Part shown: positions 6,878 to 7,136 of the stretch, piece after piece
Layout: every line of letters starts with the position of its first letter
Numbering within the stretch: position 1 is the first letter of the stretch
From: Paraspadella gotoi
Lineage: Eukaryota; Animalia; Chaetognatha
Assembly: GCA_051294375.1 (NCBI GenBank)
Contig: CM119263.1
Coordinates: 27,974,774-27,981,909, forward strand
DNA: 7,136 bases
Reading direction: 5' to 3'
The notes under the pieces: model-generated
What the model was told of the DNA's origin: nothing
The model's input: only the letters and a program-made list of their open reading frames with translations
Database searches by the model: none
Made by a program: the position numbers and the translations under genes

Positions 6878-7136
6878 TCTCATTCTATTCCCGTCTCCCT
6901 TCTCTGCTTCTCTTATCCGCACCTCTCTCGTGCATCTGTTCCTGGCACCTACGCGTCTCGTTTCTACTCGTCTCACATTCGAGACATTCAATTGGAATCC
7001 AAACTTTGCCTTAGGATTCTTTCGCCAAATTGCTCATTCGGCGAAAAACGGAGAAGAAAGAGTTTTATTGTCAAAGACGAAAGAAAAAAAACAAACTTAG
7101 ATCGCAAAAAAAGTTATCTATATTAAAAATATTTTA

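Overview
This is a gappy, mostly non-coding window that looks like eukaryotic draft assembly. Eight N-runs total 1,592 bases, about 22% of the window. AT-rich A/T tracts, long purine/pyrimidine tracts and abundant CpG (TCGA, CGAC) suggest an invertebrate intron or intergenic region, but this is inference. I can support no protein-coding gene, RNA gene, CRISPR array or recognisable transposase. Almost all ORFs in the track come from N-runs or low-complexity DNA. Well-supported features are a 20-bp minisatellite (2128-2294), a ~114-bp diverged direct duplication across a 10-N gap (1067-1305, probably an assembly or haplotype artefact), a 10-bp repeat, GAC/GAT and TTG microsatellites, and a G-rich duplication. 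The most interesting part is 5570-6880. It holds three exact matches to the 12-nt CTCF core CASYAGRKGGCR in divergent orientation, a cryptic ~24-bp-period array of GCTYTGTCAC cores ending in a Pax paired-domain consensus site, a ~72% GC island and a perfect GTCACGTGAC E-box. Together these suggest a candidate insulator or enhancer module. A possible old inverted duplication links 3200-3450 with 5240-5510. No new biological system can be demonstrated from sequence alone.
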